DNA of 64,000 bases from Octopus sinensis (Eukaryota). A program made the position numbers and the translations under genes. The stretch covers positions 20,460,001 to 20,524,000 of the forward strand of contig NC_043004.1 in the NCBI RefSeq assembly GCF_006345805.1. Direction: 5' to 3'. How positions within the stretch are numbered: the stretch's first letter is position 1; each line of letters opens with the position of its first letter. Below, one piece after another: positions 14,100 to 24,905 of this stretch. The notes under the pieces were generated by a model, which saw only the letters and a list, made by a program, of their open reading frames with translations, ran no database searches and had not been told where the DNA came from.

Positions 14100-14760
14100 G
14101 ACGTATGTGCGTGTGTAAAGTGAAAGGGGTACAGTGAACTTGCCATGGGGAGTGGAATATCCAATGTTTCAGATTCAATCCTTCATCAGGGGGAAGAGAA
14201 AAAGAGAAGAAAGTCAAACAGAGTTTATATCCTCTCAGCTTGAAAAACTGGATGCAACTGATAATGGACACAGAATAACAGAGGTTATAGGAGAGGGCGT
14301 TTAGAAAGGAGGAGGAAAAGGGTGATGGAGAGAGTAGAGATAAGTAAATATGGCAATGTTGCAGAGAGAAGGTGGAAGGAGGATTACAAAGCATAAAAAA
14401 GAACTAAGAGGATGTGAAAGGTTGAAAGGAGAAACATTCATTCATACCGGGTCGGGGATATAGTGCCAAAATGAGACATTGCTCCTTTCGTTTCATAGAG
14501 AAGTGGTGGGGTCCATGATGCAAGGCCATGCCACACACTGATAAATCTGCAATAAAATGATTCAGTGTTGAAGTGGGTAGGGACAGGTAGGCCTGGCATA
14601 TGTAGCATTATGCTTTTGATATGTTCATGAAGGTGATCCCCAAGGCTTCGCTCTGTTTCTCCAATGTAAAGAGCACCGCAGAATTTGCATATGATGCAAT
14701 ATATGAGACTTGCCGAAGTGCAACAGAAGTGGTGTGTTATGTAAAATGTGCGATATAAAT
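14100..14760 (-). mobile_element. Penelope/Poseidon-type PLE 3' end (GIY-YIG endonuclease plus 3' UTR)
   Basis: CTSASLIYCIICKFCGALYIGETERSLGDHLHEH...HFN carries the IY...YIG motif with CxxC; the 3' UTR has a CTGATGA...GAAAC core; terminus similar to 13075-13140. Confidence 0.85.
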
Positions 14761-14950
14761 ATATATATATATATATATATGTATAGTAAAGTTTATTTGC
14801 CAACAGAATGTGGTGGCCCTATAAAGAACGATGTTACTGTTGTCTAAGCCCCATTAAAATATCTTTTCTGACTGGCTATTAACACACAGTCTGTGTCCAT
14901 ATAGTGTTTGCCAGGAAGGTCATCGCTCCCACTTCCAGCCTTACGTGGTA

Positions 14951-14995
14951 CTCACAGACCATGGTTTCTGGGTGGTTACCCAACCTCAGTGTGAG
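14951..14995 (-). ncRNA. Type I hammerhead ribozyme (core CUGAGGU, A9 lesion)
   Basis: Reverse complement: ctcaca CTGAGGT tgggt aacc accca GAAA ccatgg TC tgtgag, with stems I, II and palindromic III. Confidence 0.75.
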
Positions 14996-15429
14996 ACAAT
15001 CACTGGCTGTTGATGAAGGCTTTCTCCACTCACAAACACTATATATTCTTTAAGTGACACACAGTCGCTGATCTCATATTGAGAAAAACAACCTGTTTTA
15101 AATCTCTCAGTGAGAGATATAGAGTAACATACTGAATAGTAAAGTTTATTTGCCAACAGAATGTAGTGGTTCTATAAACAACGATGTTACTGCTGTTTAA
15201 ACCTCAAGTAAACATCTCTTCCAGCTTGCTATCAACAGGGGCTTAAACAACAGTAACAGCGTCGTTTATAAGGCCGTCACTTTCTGTTGGCAAATAACTT
15301 TACTTTCGGTACTCTTACTGTATATCTCTTATTAAAACAAGTTGTTTTTCTCTATATGAGATCAGTGCTTATGTGTTACTTAAAGAATATTTAGTATTTG
15401 CAAGTGGAGAAAGCTTTCATCAACAGCCA

Positions 15430-15488
15430 GTGATTGTCTCACACTGTGGATGGATAACCACCTAGAAACCATGGTCTGTGAGTATCAC
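15430..15488 (+). ncRNA. Type I hammerhead ribozyme (core CUGUGGA, A6 lesion)
   Basis: gtgat tgt ctcaca CTGTGGA tggataaccaccta GAAA ccatgg TC tgtgag t atcac; stem I extends past an internal loop. Confidence 0.75.
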
Positions 15489-15807
15489 ATAAGGTTGGAG
15501 ATGGGAGTGATGACCTCCATTGCAAACACTATACGGATGCAGACTGTGTTGATAGGTAGGTGGAAATAATGTTTTCCCAGGGCTTAAGCAGCAGTAACAG
15601 CATCCTTTATAGGACTGCCACATTCTGTTGTGTGTGTATATATATATATCTGTCGGTCAGTTGCAATCTAAGTACTTCAACATGTAGGATGCCAGGATAA
15701 ACTCAGTACTGAACTTACAATAGTCTAGAGCCACTAATACTTGTTTTTTTTATTGTATACTACTAGTATGCATATATTTATTCACACATCTATCTATCTA
15801 TATATAT

Positions 15808-15905
15808 AGTATATAAGTAAAAGGGCAGGCAACAGGTTGCTCTGCTGCATACCGAAAGAATTATGCAGCAGAGCAACCTGTTGCCTGCCCTTTTACTTAT
15901 ATACT
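15808..15905. repeat. Perfect 44-bp inverted repeat with 10-nt loop
   Basis: 15808-15851 is the exact reverse complement of 15862-15905; loop ccgaaagaat. Confidence 0.95.
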
Positions 15906-16039
15906 TATATACTATATATACTATATATACTGAACTCCACAGAAGTTTCCGACACTAAAGGTCATATTTACATACCGAAATCTACCGGTAAATAATTGTT
16001 GGTTGTCTGAAAAACCATCGAAAAAATTATTTACCCTTT

Positions 16040-16560
16040 TATTATATCTATCTATATATATATAGATAAGAAAGTTGGTTTGTGAAAGCACGTGGTTGAA
16101 TATATAGAAAATAGTAAAAAGTGAAAAAACTACAGAAGGCTTGTTTTAAAAGGTTAAAAAATATATATTTGAGTCAATATGTCTGAAGAATATTATAAAT
16201 TTTTTTCTTACAATGACATAGTTTAGAAGAAAGACCGGTTTCGCGTTTAGCTTTTCAAATTTCTTACGTCGTTATGTTTATATTGAGCAGAGTTATCGTT
16301 ATGTTTATGTTGAAAAGAGTTCTAAATAAGGGGAGGTAATGAGTGATTTCTTCCGGTGTAAGGGAGATAATCGCTTAAAATTTTTTGCCTTTCCCTTGGT
16401 GTGAATTTCTCTGTATCAGTATGTTGGAATGGTTAAGTCTGGGCTTGTACTTTTCAATGAAGAATGTTTCCTTGTTTAGTCTAATTTGTGTTGATGATCC
16501 GATAGCACATTGGTAAAATGGAAAGATTAAAAATTGTGGTAGTAGTTGCTTTGCGCATTT
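16040..16560 (-). mobile_element. PLE endonuclease C-terminus plus 3' UTR (third PLE family)
   Basis: KCAKQLLPQFLIFPFYQCAIGSSTQIRLNKETFFIEKYKPRLN (R..KE..FI....P.LN); HHR-like fold downstream. Confidence 0.65.
16227..16265 (-). ncRNA. Minimal hammerhead-like fold with decayed core
   Basis: Reverse complement: aagaaa t TTGAAAA gc taaac gc GAAA ccgg TC tttctt. Confidence 0.55.
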
Positions 16561-16599
16561 CTATATACACTTAGACAGATGCATATATACATAGGTATC

Positions 16600-16800
16600 C
16601 AATCGAATATAAACTGTAGATCCAGCCCAAGGATGGTTCCAAATATAGCATATGTATAAAAGAACACAAGTAGGCTTCAAAAATTCACAGCAGCTGTTTC
16701 AGAAGCATTGTATTGATGCATTCCCAAAACGGGAGACTTCATACATTGACCTCATGTATCAACATAGTCCACCATGGGATACTGTGTCAAAAGCCTTTCT
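16600..16800 (-). mobile_element. Non-LTR RT fragment
   Basis: FRKAFDTVSH motif on the minus strand, followed by stops. Confidence 0.5.
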
Positions 16801-17080
16801 AAATATCTCTCTCTATATATGTGTGTGTGTGTATGTGTGTGTGTACACATATAACTTAGTGGTTCAGCAAACGAAACTGATAGAATAAGTACCAAACTTT
16901 AAAAAATACATCTTGGGGTCAATTTGTTGACTAAAAGGTGGTGCTCCAGTCACATGACTGAAACAAGTAAAAAGAAATTATATATAATATATACATAAAA
17001 TATATATATATATACATATATATACATACACACACACACATACAAACATACATACATACATAAATATATATATATATATA

Positions 17081-17500
17081 TGTAAACAGTAAAAATAATT
17101 ACAGACATGGACAAGAACATGAAACACCACAGAGACGACACAAGAACCACAGGACGGGACATTCGAAGCCCTCAGTCATCAGTCAAGAACCAGATCATCT
17201 TAGCAATTTCGGCTGATTAATCTTGAGATTGCTCCGATTTGGGCAGCTCGCCAAGGGAAATCTAAGCCAAGCGCATTAGATCACCTGGAAGAAAGCTTCG
17301 AATGTATACAACACGAGGACGGAAAACGAACGAAGTACACGAACAAAAATACAGAATACGTGACACCAATAAGAATACAAAAACGTAAAAACAATAACGG
17401 TAAAAATAAAAAAACAAAACAAATCCAGGACGTAGGACAAGGGTCTTTCGACAGGACGAGTTGAGTTTAGGGCTGGCAGCAGGAAAATTATCTTATTTAG
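17081..17500 (-). mobile_element. Unclassified CpG-rich interspersed repeat end with a multi-stem fold
   Basis: CpG-rich block abutting (TA)n; 11-bp inverted repeat at 17159/17295 encloses three hairpins; family not identified. Confidence 0.4.
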
Positions 17501-17884
17501 GGTTAAATTTCTATTGCCACCACCATCACCACTAGCAACAATAATTAAGGTGCTGACAATGATGATGATGACAATTGAAATATAAAAATATAAAAATCTC
17601 TGACAAAGGATATTTACAACATTTCTAAAAACAACCCAACAATTGCTGCTTCGGCCAGGGTCAAGATACAGGACTCTTGACATGTCCAACAAAGCGTGAT
17701 GCCTAAACCAATCAGCTCAACCAACCAATCAGCTTAAGTAATTGAGTGATACTACACACTGATTGGTCAGAATACAGTTTGCAAAACCTAGCACTCTGGA
17801 GCCTACCCAGCTGTATTTATAGCACAGAATCAATCATCTTGCTACAGTCAAAAATTGTGAAGCAAGACTGCCAACACTACTACA

Positions 17885-17929
17885 TGAACCCGAAGATTGC
17901 AGAATTCAATGCATGAAAGTACTAGTTCA
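17885..17929 (+). ncRNA. Minimal type I hammerhead variant (CCGAAGA...UGAAA)
   Basis: tgaac CCGAAGA t tgca gaattcaa tgca t GAAA gtac TA gttca. Confidence 0.65.
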
Positions 17930-19261
17930 ATCAGAATGAACATTTAACATTCTACTATTTCATTTTATTTTATTCAATTATAATATATTATCTTATAATA
18001 TATCATTATAAGATTGTAAATAAAACGTGAAAATCAGACAAGGTTGGAATTCCTTTTATTAATATATTCTTCTATACACAATCACACACACCCATTATAT
18101 ATATATATATATGAATTTTTTGCGTAATGAGATAAAAAAACCAATGCTGTATAGATATTAGAGCATTTATAGATAGGTCCTACAGCTTTTTCTAGGATAT
18201 TAATTAATAATATCCCTTCATCGGAGACAGTGTGAGAGGAAAAATTAAATCATAGTTAGTTTCGATGTGATACAAATAAAGAGTGAGGTGGAGGACAGAA
18301 AATAGATGTAATATATGTATGGGTATTGAATTCGTAAATCCATTTTATAGGCATAGTGGTATATATATGTGTAATATTCCAATATCCTTTGAGTAAAATC
18401 CAAAAGTCCAACAGAGTTTAATATGATCCCATCCAGATATAGAGTTTATAAGCAGTGTAAGATTCTCTTAAATTTGGTCAACTTTAATAGTAAACAGGCC
18501 AATTTCACCGCAGTTTGGCAGAGAAAATTTCTGGATTAAGGCAGAAGTTGTAAAACTTCTATTTTGTAGTTGCCCTGTTGATTAATATAGGCATTTCAAA
18601 TTACTTATGCCCTCATTAGCATAAAGTAGGGCAACTATGAGAGACTGGAAGCTTCTGCTTATGAAAAATCAGCAGAAAGTGCCCAGCATTTGTATGCTGC
18701 AGTTATCAGGCTGAAACAAAATTCAAATTTGGCAGCCAAGTATTGTTGTGAAAAAAATCAAACTTTTTGATCAGTTTGAATATATCTGTGATGTATTTAA
18801 CTGGTAAAGAAAGAAAGAAAAAAGCATGAGAATGTGAAAATTAATGCTTATTTTACAAGAAGAATTGAGAAAGTGGCCACATCAAAAATGTGACGGAACT
18901 TATATATACATACACCTACGTATATATCATCAGCATCTTCATTTAATGTCTATTTTACATCCTTGCATGGTTGGATGGTTTGACAGAAGCTGGTTAGTCA
19001 GAAGACTTCACTAAGCTTCTCGAAACGTTAAATCCTCCTTCTTTCTTTCCTTTCCTGAGCGTCCAATAACACTATTCTTGTTCCACATCCTCGAGTTGTT
19101 GTGTTTTCTCTTTGTTCATGTTTGGATTAACTATATATATGTGTGTGTGTGTCTATATATATATACATATATATATGAATATGTGTATACACACACAGAC
19201 ACACACATACACATGCTGATACTCATTATGGATACCAACAATATAGCCGAGGAATATCCCT

Positions 19262-19490
19262 TTAATCTTTTGGCATTTTAACTGACCATAATTGGTCAAA
19301 ATATTATGCCTGTTTTATGCACAAAGTGGCCAGATCTGGCTTCTCACATGAACCCTATAATGTCTTTATAAAAATTAGCAGCAACCTCATCAAAATCTCA
19401 AAGCTACAAGATAATGCATGATCAATTCAAAATAATATGGAATAAATTAACGTTGCTTTTGACAAAATAATGTGAATGCTAAAGGGTTAA
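19262..19490. mobile_element. piggyBac-type MITE
   Basis: ttaa(tcttttggcatt)...(aatgctaaaggg)ttaa ends; body homologous to 46996-47209. Confidence 0.65.
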
Positions 19491-20619
19491 AGACCATATC
19501 CACACAAATCTACATTGTGTACATAATCCAAAAATTTAAATCATCTGATATTATTTGTGTTATCTCACTTAGCTTTTGTTTGTAGAATTTAGTAACCATC
19601 TTGAGGGAATTTTTTTGTCTTATTGACTAGTTTTATAACCCACTATATCATATAACTAAGTCATTATCATATTTTAAATAATTTTTTCTTCTTGAAGTTT
19701 TAAAATTTGTATACAAGTCACTATTATATTTAAAATGAATTTTTTTCTCAAGTTTTAAATTAATTTTTCCTAATTTAATCATTTATATATTTTACTGAAT
19801 ATATTTTTTTTATTTAGAGACAATATATTTGAAAGATGTTAAAATAAGTGGTTTGTATGTATATGTATGTATACATTCATATCTTTAGTTCCAAGTTTAA
19901 AGAAAAAAATTTATGTAATGTTGTAAAATTTAGTTCTAAATATTTCTTGTGTATGCATGATATGTATGGCCAAATGTATGTATCTTGTTTATAATGAACT
20001 CACAGTCAGTAATATAAGCATACGCATGAACACAACTCTAATATTTATAAATATATATTCTTGGTTCATTCTTATATTATGTTATGAAATTGTATGAATA
20101 ACTTATGTATATTGTGATAAATTCTTTGCTTTCTATTATTCTTGTCTCACCCTTCACCATTTCTATCGCCATAATTTTATCTACACATTTCTCTCTCTCT
20201 CTCCCTTTCTCTCTCCTCTTGTCACTCACTGTATCTTCACCCACTTCACTTCATAGATACCTGTCTTTCTACTCACTCACATGCATCATTGTAAATTTTG
20301 TCACATGTAAACACAAAAGAGTAGTATCTTTATGCATTCATATGTACATGATAGACATACATGCTTACACAAATAATTATCCATAAGCATACATTCACAC
20401 ATGCATACATTCATTTATACAAACATGTACAAACATTAAAACATGCATATAAACATATATACAAACAGGCATACATATGTACATACGAACAGACATATAA
20501 ATGAATTTATGTACATGCATGTGTATTTCAGTATCGGTATACATACATATTGATATATGTCGACACCAAATCAATAGAAAAACCTATTGACCTGATACTA
20601 TTCATGATTGACCAAGTAG

Positions 20620-23360
20620 CTAAGGAACTACTAGAAAAGATGGAAAATTCCAGCTCTTAGACATTGAAGTTCTGCTATATTGAGCAGCAGTTACCATTTA
20701 TCAACAGATGGGAGTAACAGAGATCGATAGTAACAGGAAGTAAACAATGGAAAAGGATGACCTCTCTCCAGCTAAATATTGATAGACTCAGAAAAATTAT
20801 TGGATAATTAGATGCTTTCGTTAAATGCAAATTGAATAATAAATTCCCTGATCACCAGCTGCAACTTTATGAGAGATTATATAAGGTTTATTGAAACAGT
20901 TGACAAGAGACGCCAATAGGCAATCTAATTGCCCTTAGACACAAACTGCATGTGAAAGGAAAAAATTTCATTGTCACAATAATTATTAGAATGTAGGTGC
21001 ATCTACTGCAAATTTGCAATTAATCTTCAAATAATATACCATAGTATGGAAGACTAACTCTTTGGATATAAAAGCCCTTACCTACAATGACTTACTGTCA
21101 GTTTTGGGGATAAATCTGGAACATAAATAAACTAGGTAACCATGATGTAATAGTGTTAGATAAGCTACAGAGTAAATATTGTGCAAACATCTCTCTTTAA
21201 ATTTATAATATCAATAGTGAAACCGTCTTGACTGATGTTGCAAAACTCCTGAATGTAAAATTATTTGATAGTCAGTTATTAGTACAGGAAGCTCACATTC
21301 AGAAAGGCAGCTCCCATTAACCTGTTCAAAAGAATAATGAATGCTGACCTCAATGTACCAAATTAACTGACTAATGCATGTAAAAAAAAAAAAAAAAAAT
21401 TGTAGCTTAATAGAAGGATATGGATTTAGCCAAAGCTTTCAGGCCTATAGCATGTTTAAATGTGATGTATAAGTTATATACAGGTTGCTTGATTAAAAGA
21501 GTGAAACAGAGCTACTCAAACCTGACTGTATCATCAGACTATAAGATATCATTTGACTCTCTTTCTCACTCATTCATAATAGTATCATGATGTCTTGCCA
21601 GAGTTTAAACCACTGCTGTCAATATCATTAAGAGTTTGTCAACAACCTATTCCTCAGAGCTATAGATAAAAACTGAAGTTACTAAAAAATTAGACTATCA
21701 ATAGAAATATTTCACAGTGACAACTTACCTGTAATGTTTTTTGTCCCATCAGTGAACCTTTTCTTATCCTGGTTAAAAAATGCAAAGGCTACATGATGGG
21801 ACCTGCAAATGAAAGAAAATTGTTGCTCACATATTATTTTATAAATGAATTTAGGCTGTACTCAGGTAATATTTATGACACCAAGAGACAATTAAAACAG
21901 GACAATTCTCACATGACATGTGTATGAAGTTGGGACTGGATAAATATTGTTATTGTGTAGTCAAGTGAGGAAAGATTTTTGATCAGGCAGGAACTATAGA
22001 TACCAATGAATTGTCATGCTTCCCTAGCAATAGTGATGAAAGTTTCAAATACCTTGGAATCAGCTTGACTATTGCATATGCTGGTGCAGTCAGTACAGCT
22101 AGAGTGTCAAAAGAATACTTCAACAAACTTTGGAGAGTTTGGGCAATTAGAGCTGTTTGCACTCAATAAAGTCAGTGCTAGTGCTAGAACCAGCTTTTGA
22201 GATACCAAACTGGACTCTTGAAGAAATCCACCCACAACTTGATCATCAGGACTAGGAAGATTCTAACAACGACTGGTTACATCTACATCAACAACAACAC
22301 TGATAGAACTTATGTTAAACAGAAGATTGAAAACATTGACGTAAGATTAGTTCAGAAAGCCTTTGTATACTGCATTGTGTCACTTAGACAATACCTACTG
22401 AATAGCAATGAAAGAAATACGTTCATCATCATATACATTCTAAAGCTAAAGTCTCAATAGCATGAGAGTAGGCAAAGAACCCCTGAACAAGTACTGAGTG
22501 TGCAGATGTTTTCTATGGGACTCAACTGACCTTCTTTAACTAAGACTTGAAGGGAAATACTCATCATACCAACAAAAAGTTATGCTTGGGGACAAATACT
22601 GCAAGCAAAAGGATATCAACATCTTTGACTGAAATAGCAATCTTTCTTATATCTTTGTTAAACACATTACATCCCATCTAAATGTCTATGCCTTTGCCCT
22701 CCAAGAATAGGAGATAGTTACTAAATACGTGATCCACAGAAGAAATAAGGATGTCTCTAGACCTTCATGTTGTGATAGAAAATACAGATAGTGTTATGCC
22801 AGTAAAGAAGATATTACTCATGACATAGATACCTGTCCAAAATTGTCTGGAAAATACACTTTCCCATGGGACATGACATTGTTGCTAAAACTGTTTATGA
22901 TGCTATATGCAAGAAGAATTATTCTCACAGCCATACCAAAAGCATATCAGAATCAAAAAGAATTCACACTTTCAAAAGTTAAAAATACTGGTGGAACTTC
23001 CCAATAAAAAACAACCAATAGATGTAAGTGCATGATGTTACATAATGCTCTGTAGGGGAGTGAACACATGTCATGCACTGTTGTAGAGATGGGCATTTGG
23101 ATGGATATGGACATCTTGTCAAAAATTGAGAAAGTAAGAGAATATCTATGGAGAAGTAATGAAAAAACATATAACTCTTACATGCAGTTTATAGGCTTTC
23201 ATTTGTGCCTATTGTAGTTCCACTGGTCTATGTAACAACAGATTTGCTTAAAATCTTAGACATGCTGGAGCTTCTCCAAAACAGAACAGAATGAACTGAT
23301 TCACATTCTCTAAATACCGTTGATTACAGGTATAGGGAAAATTTGTAAAACATTCCAAGG
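20620..23360 (+). mobile_element. Degenerate R4/Dong-type (RLE) LINE
   Basis: FRPIACLNVMYKLYTGCL, DYKISFDSLSHS, EIFHSDNL (GIFQGDSL), FINEFRLY (FVDDLKLY), FKYLGI, TCPKL..(R)HDIVAK, YWWNFPIKT, ITGIGKICKTF; many stops and frameshifts; 5' boundary approximate. Confidence 0.8.
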
Positions 23361-23520
23361 ACTCTGCACTTAAGGTTCCTGAGTTGAATGTAATGTGTGC
23401 ATACATTCAATGTGTGCATACAAATCCACACACACAGACATACATTATATAGATATATATATTATACAGAAACTAATACATACATACATGTAGGTATGTA
23501 TATATATATAAATATATATT

Positions 23521-23551
<31 letters not shown>

Positions 23552-23867
23552 TAATGCAATAGAAACTTTTGTTGGTTTTATAAGGTGAGATTGATAATAA
23601 AAATGTAATTTTCTCTATATATACTTTTTTTTTGTCAGATACACTGAATTTCTTGAAATTCTGCCAAAGGATATTTCAATTTACCTATCATGCATGAGGA
23701 TATACCTGGGATTTGTTTTCTACTTACATTTACTAGTGTCTAATTGTTGAACATTGGTACTACATTCTTTTGATACTACCAGGAATTTGATATCTGCCAA
23801 GATATTTTAATCCCTTTTTCTCTTATATATATATATATATATATATATCTATACAACTCGGTAGTCA

Positions 23868-23930
23868 AGATAAAACTCTGAGTTTCAGATGCCGAAGTGG
23901 AAATCCACAACACCATCTCTTCGGTTATCT
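23868..23930 (-). ncRNA. Hammerhead variant, left arm
   Basis: Reverse complement of 25863-25925. Confidence 0.6.
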
Positions 23931-24164
23931 GGCTATTTGAAAACGTTATGAAAAAATACCGTTAAAAATGAAGGGAAATTACTCTGTTATAACTCTGCTT
24001 TGCCTGCGTACTTATACATTGCTCGCGTTTTTCGTCATAAAAATTATATAAAAATACATAAAAATATATAAAAATATATAAAAATATATAAAATCTTCTT
24101 GGGACATAACACAGAAAGCATGTTCTATCCGTTTTCTTTAGGGGACCAAAAACGTAACAGAAAT

Positions 24165-24905
24165 TTAGTCACATGATCCGAAAAGCTCTGTTCTTGTATT
24201 TAGACATGTGGTAGGGTCTAAGCTGCTTTTCCAGATAAGCCATCTCTCCATGTCGCATAAACCGCACCTTCCGCTGCCGTTAGTGTAGGGCTTACATCTG
24301 GCCAAAATCTTCCATTGTATGTTATAATCGACACCTTTATCTCTTAAAGACCAAATATGATTGGATAATTGTGTCGCTTTTCTTTTGTTCCAGTGCCTAA
24401 AGCTCAAAGTGTGGTTATTGAACCTGGCCTTGAAATTACCCTCTGTCAGGCCCACGTATTTCTTCGTCGAAACGGTGTCTTTAGTGGTTATAGAGTTTAC
24501 GGTAGCTTCATATATGATGGTCTTGGACATGCAAGCTCCATTTAGCGGGCACAATTCTTTATTCCTGCATGAACAGCTGTTTTCTTCTTGTGTTTTTTGT
24601 ATGTTATGATTGATTATGTTTTTAAAATTGGTAGTTGAACTAAAACTAATTTTTAAATTGTGTCTATTGAAGAGTTTCCTATAAGCATGGTTAACTGGAA
24701 AATGTCTATCTATCAGTGCTAGGAAATATTTACCTATATTGAAGGCCACCTCGGGTGAGTAAGGGGGCGTAAACCAGATGACCTTCCTATTTCTATTATT
24801 CCTTTTCCTTACTGTTGGGCTGGTGATAGGTGTATATTTTATTTTTTCGCTAAAACCACTATCTTTTAAAGCTTTATTATAAACTGGGGCAACGCTATTG
24901 AAGAT
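24165..24905 (-). pseudogene. Mirror copy of the truncated PLE ORF with frameshifted C-terminus
   Basis: Same protein, beginning FNSVAPVYNKALK; an 8-bp deletion turns GSCPHVTKF into GSCD*. Confidence 0.9.

Larger units (their letters stand above)
14785..15630. mobile_element. Palindromic, partially tandem 353-bp HHR-bearing non-coding element (PLE pseudo-LTR or retrozyme-like)
   Basis: agtaaagtttatttgccaacagaatg occurs at 14785 and 15138 (period 353); an inverted copy of the same tandem runs 15238-15630; one HHR per arm. Confidence 0.8.

Noticed and set aside
17170-17225. Type II hammerhead reading (GAAA before CTGATGA) on the minus strand
   Set aside because: Stem I cannot form and stem II is out of register by 2 nt
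19015-19130. ctcGAAACGTTaaatcc, the 3' half of another hammerhead-like PLE tail
   Set aside because: The upstream core is missing, so the fold cannot be supported
21729-21802. Apparent 74-bp minus-strand exon (ttgcag...gtaagt, open frame SHHVAFAFFNQDKKRFTDGTKNIT)
   Set aside because: It lies inside the plus-strand R4/Dong RT (between the GIFQGD-like and FVDDLK-like motifs), so the splice signals are probably chance. Exonisation cannot be excluded without RNA-seq.
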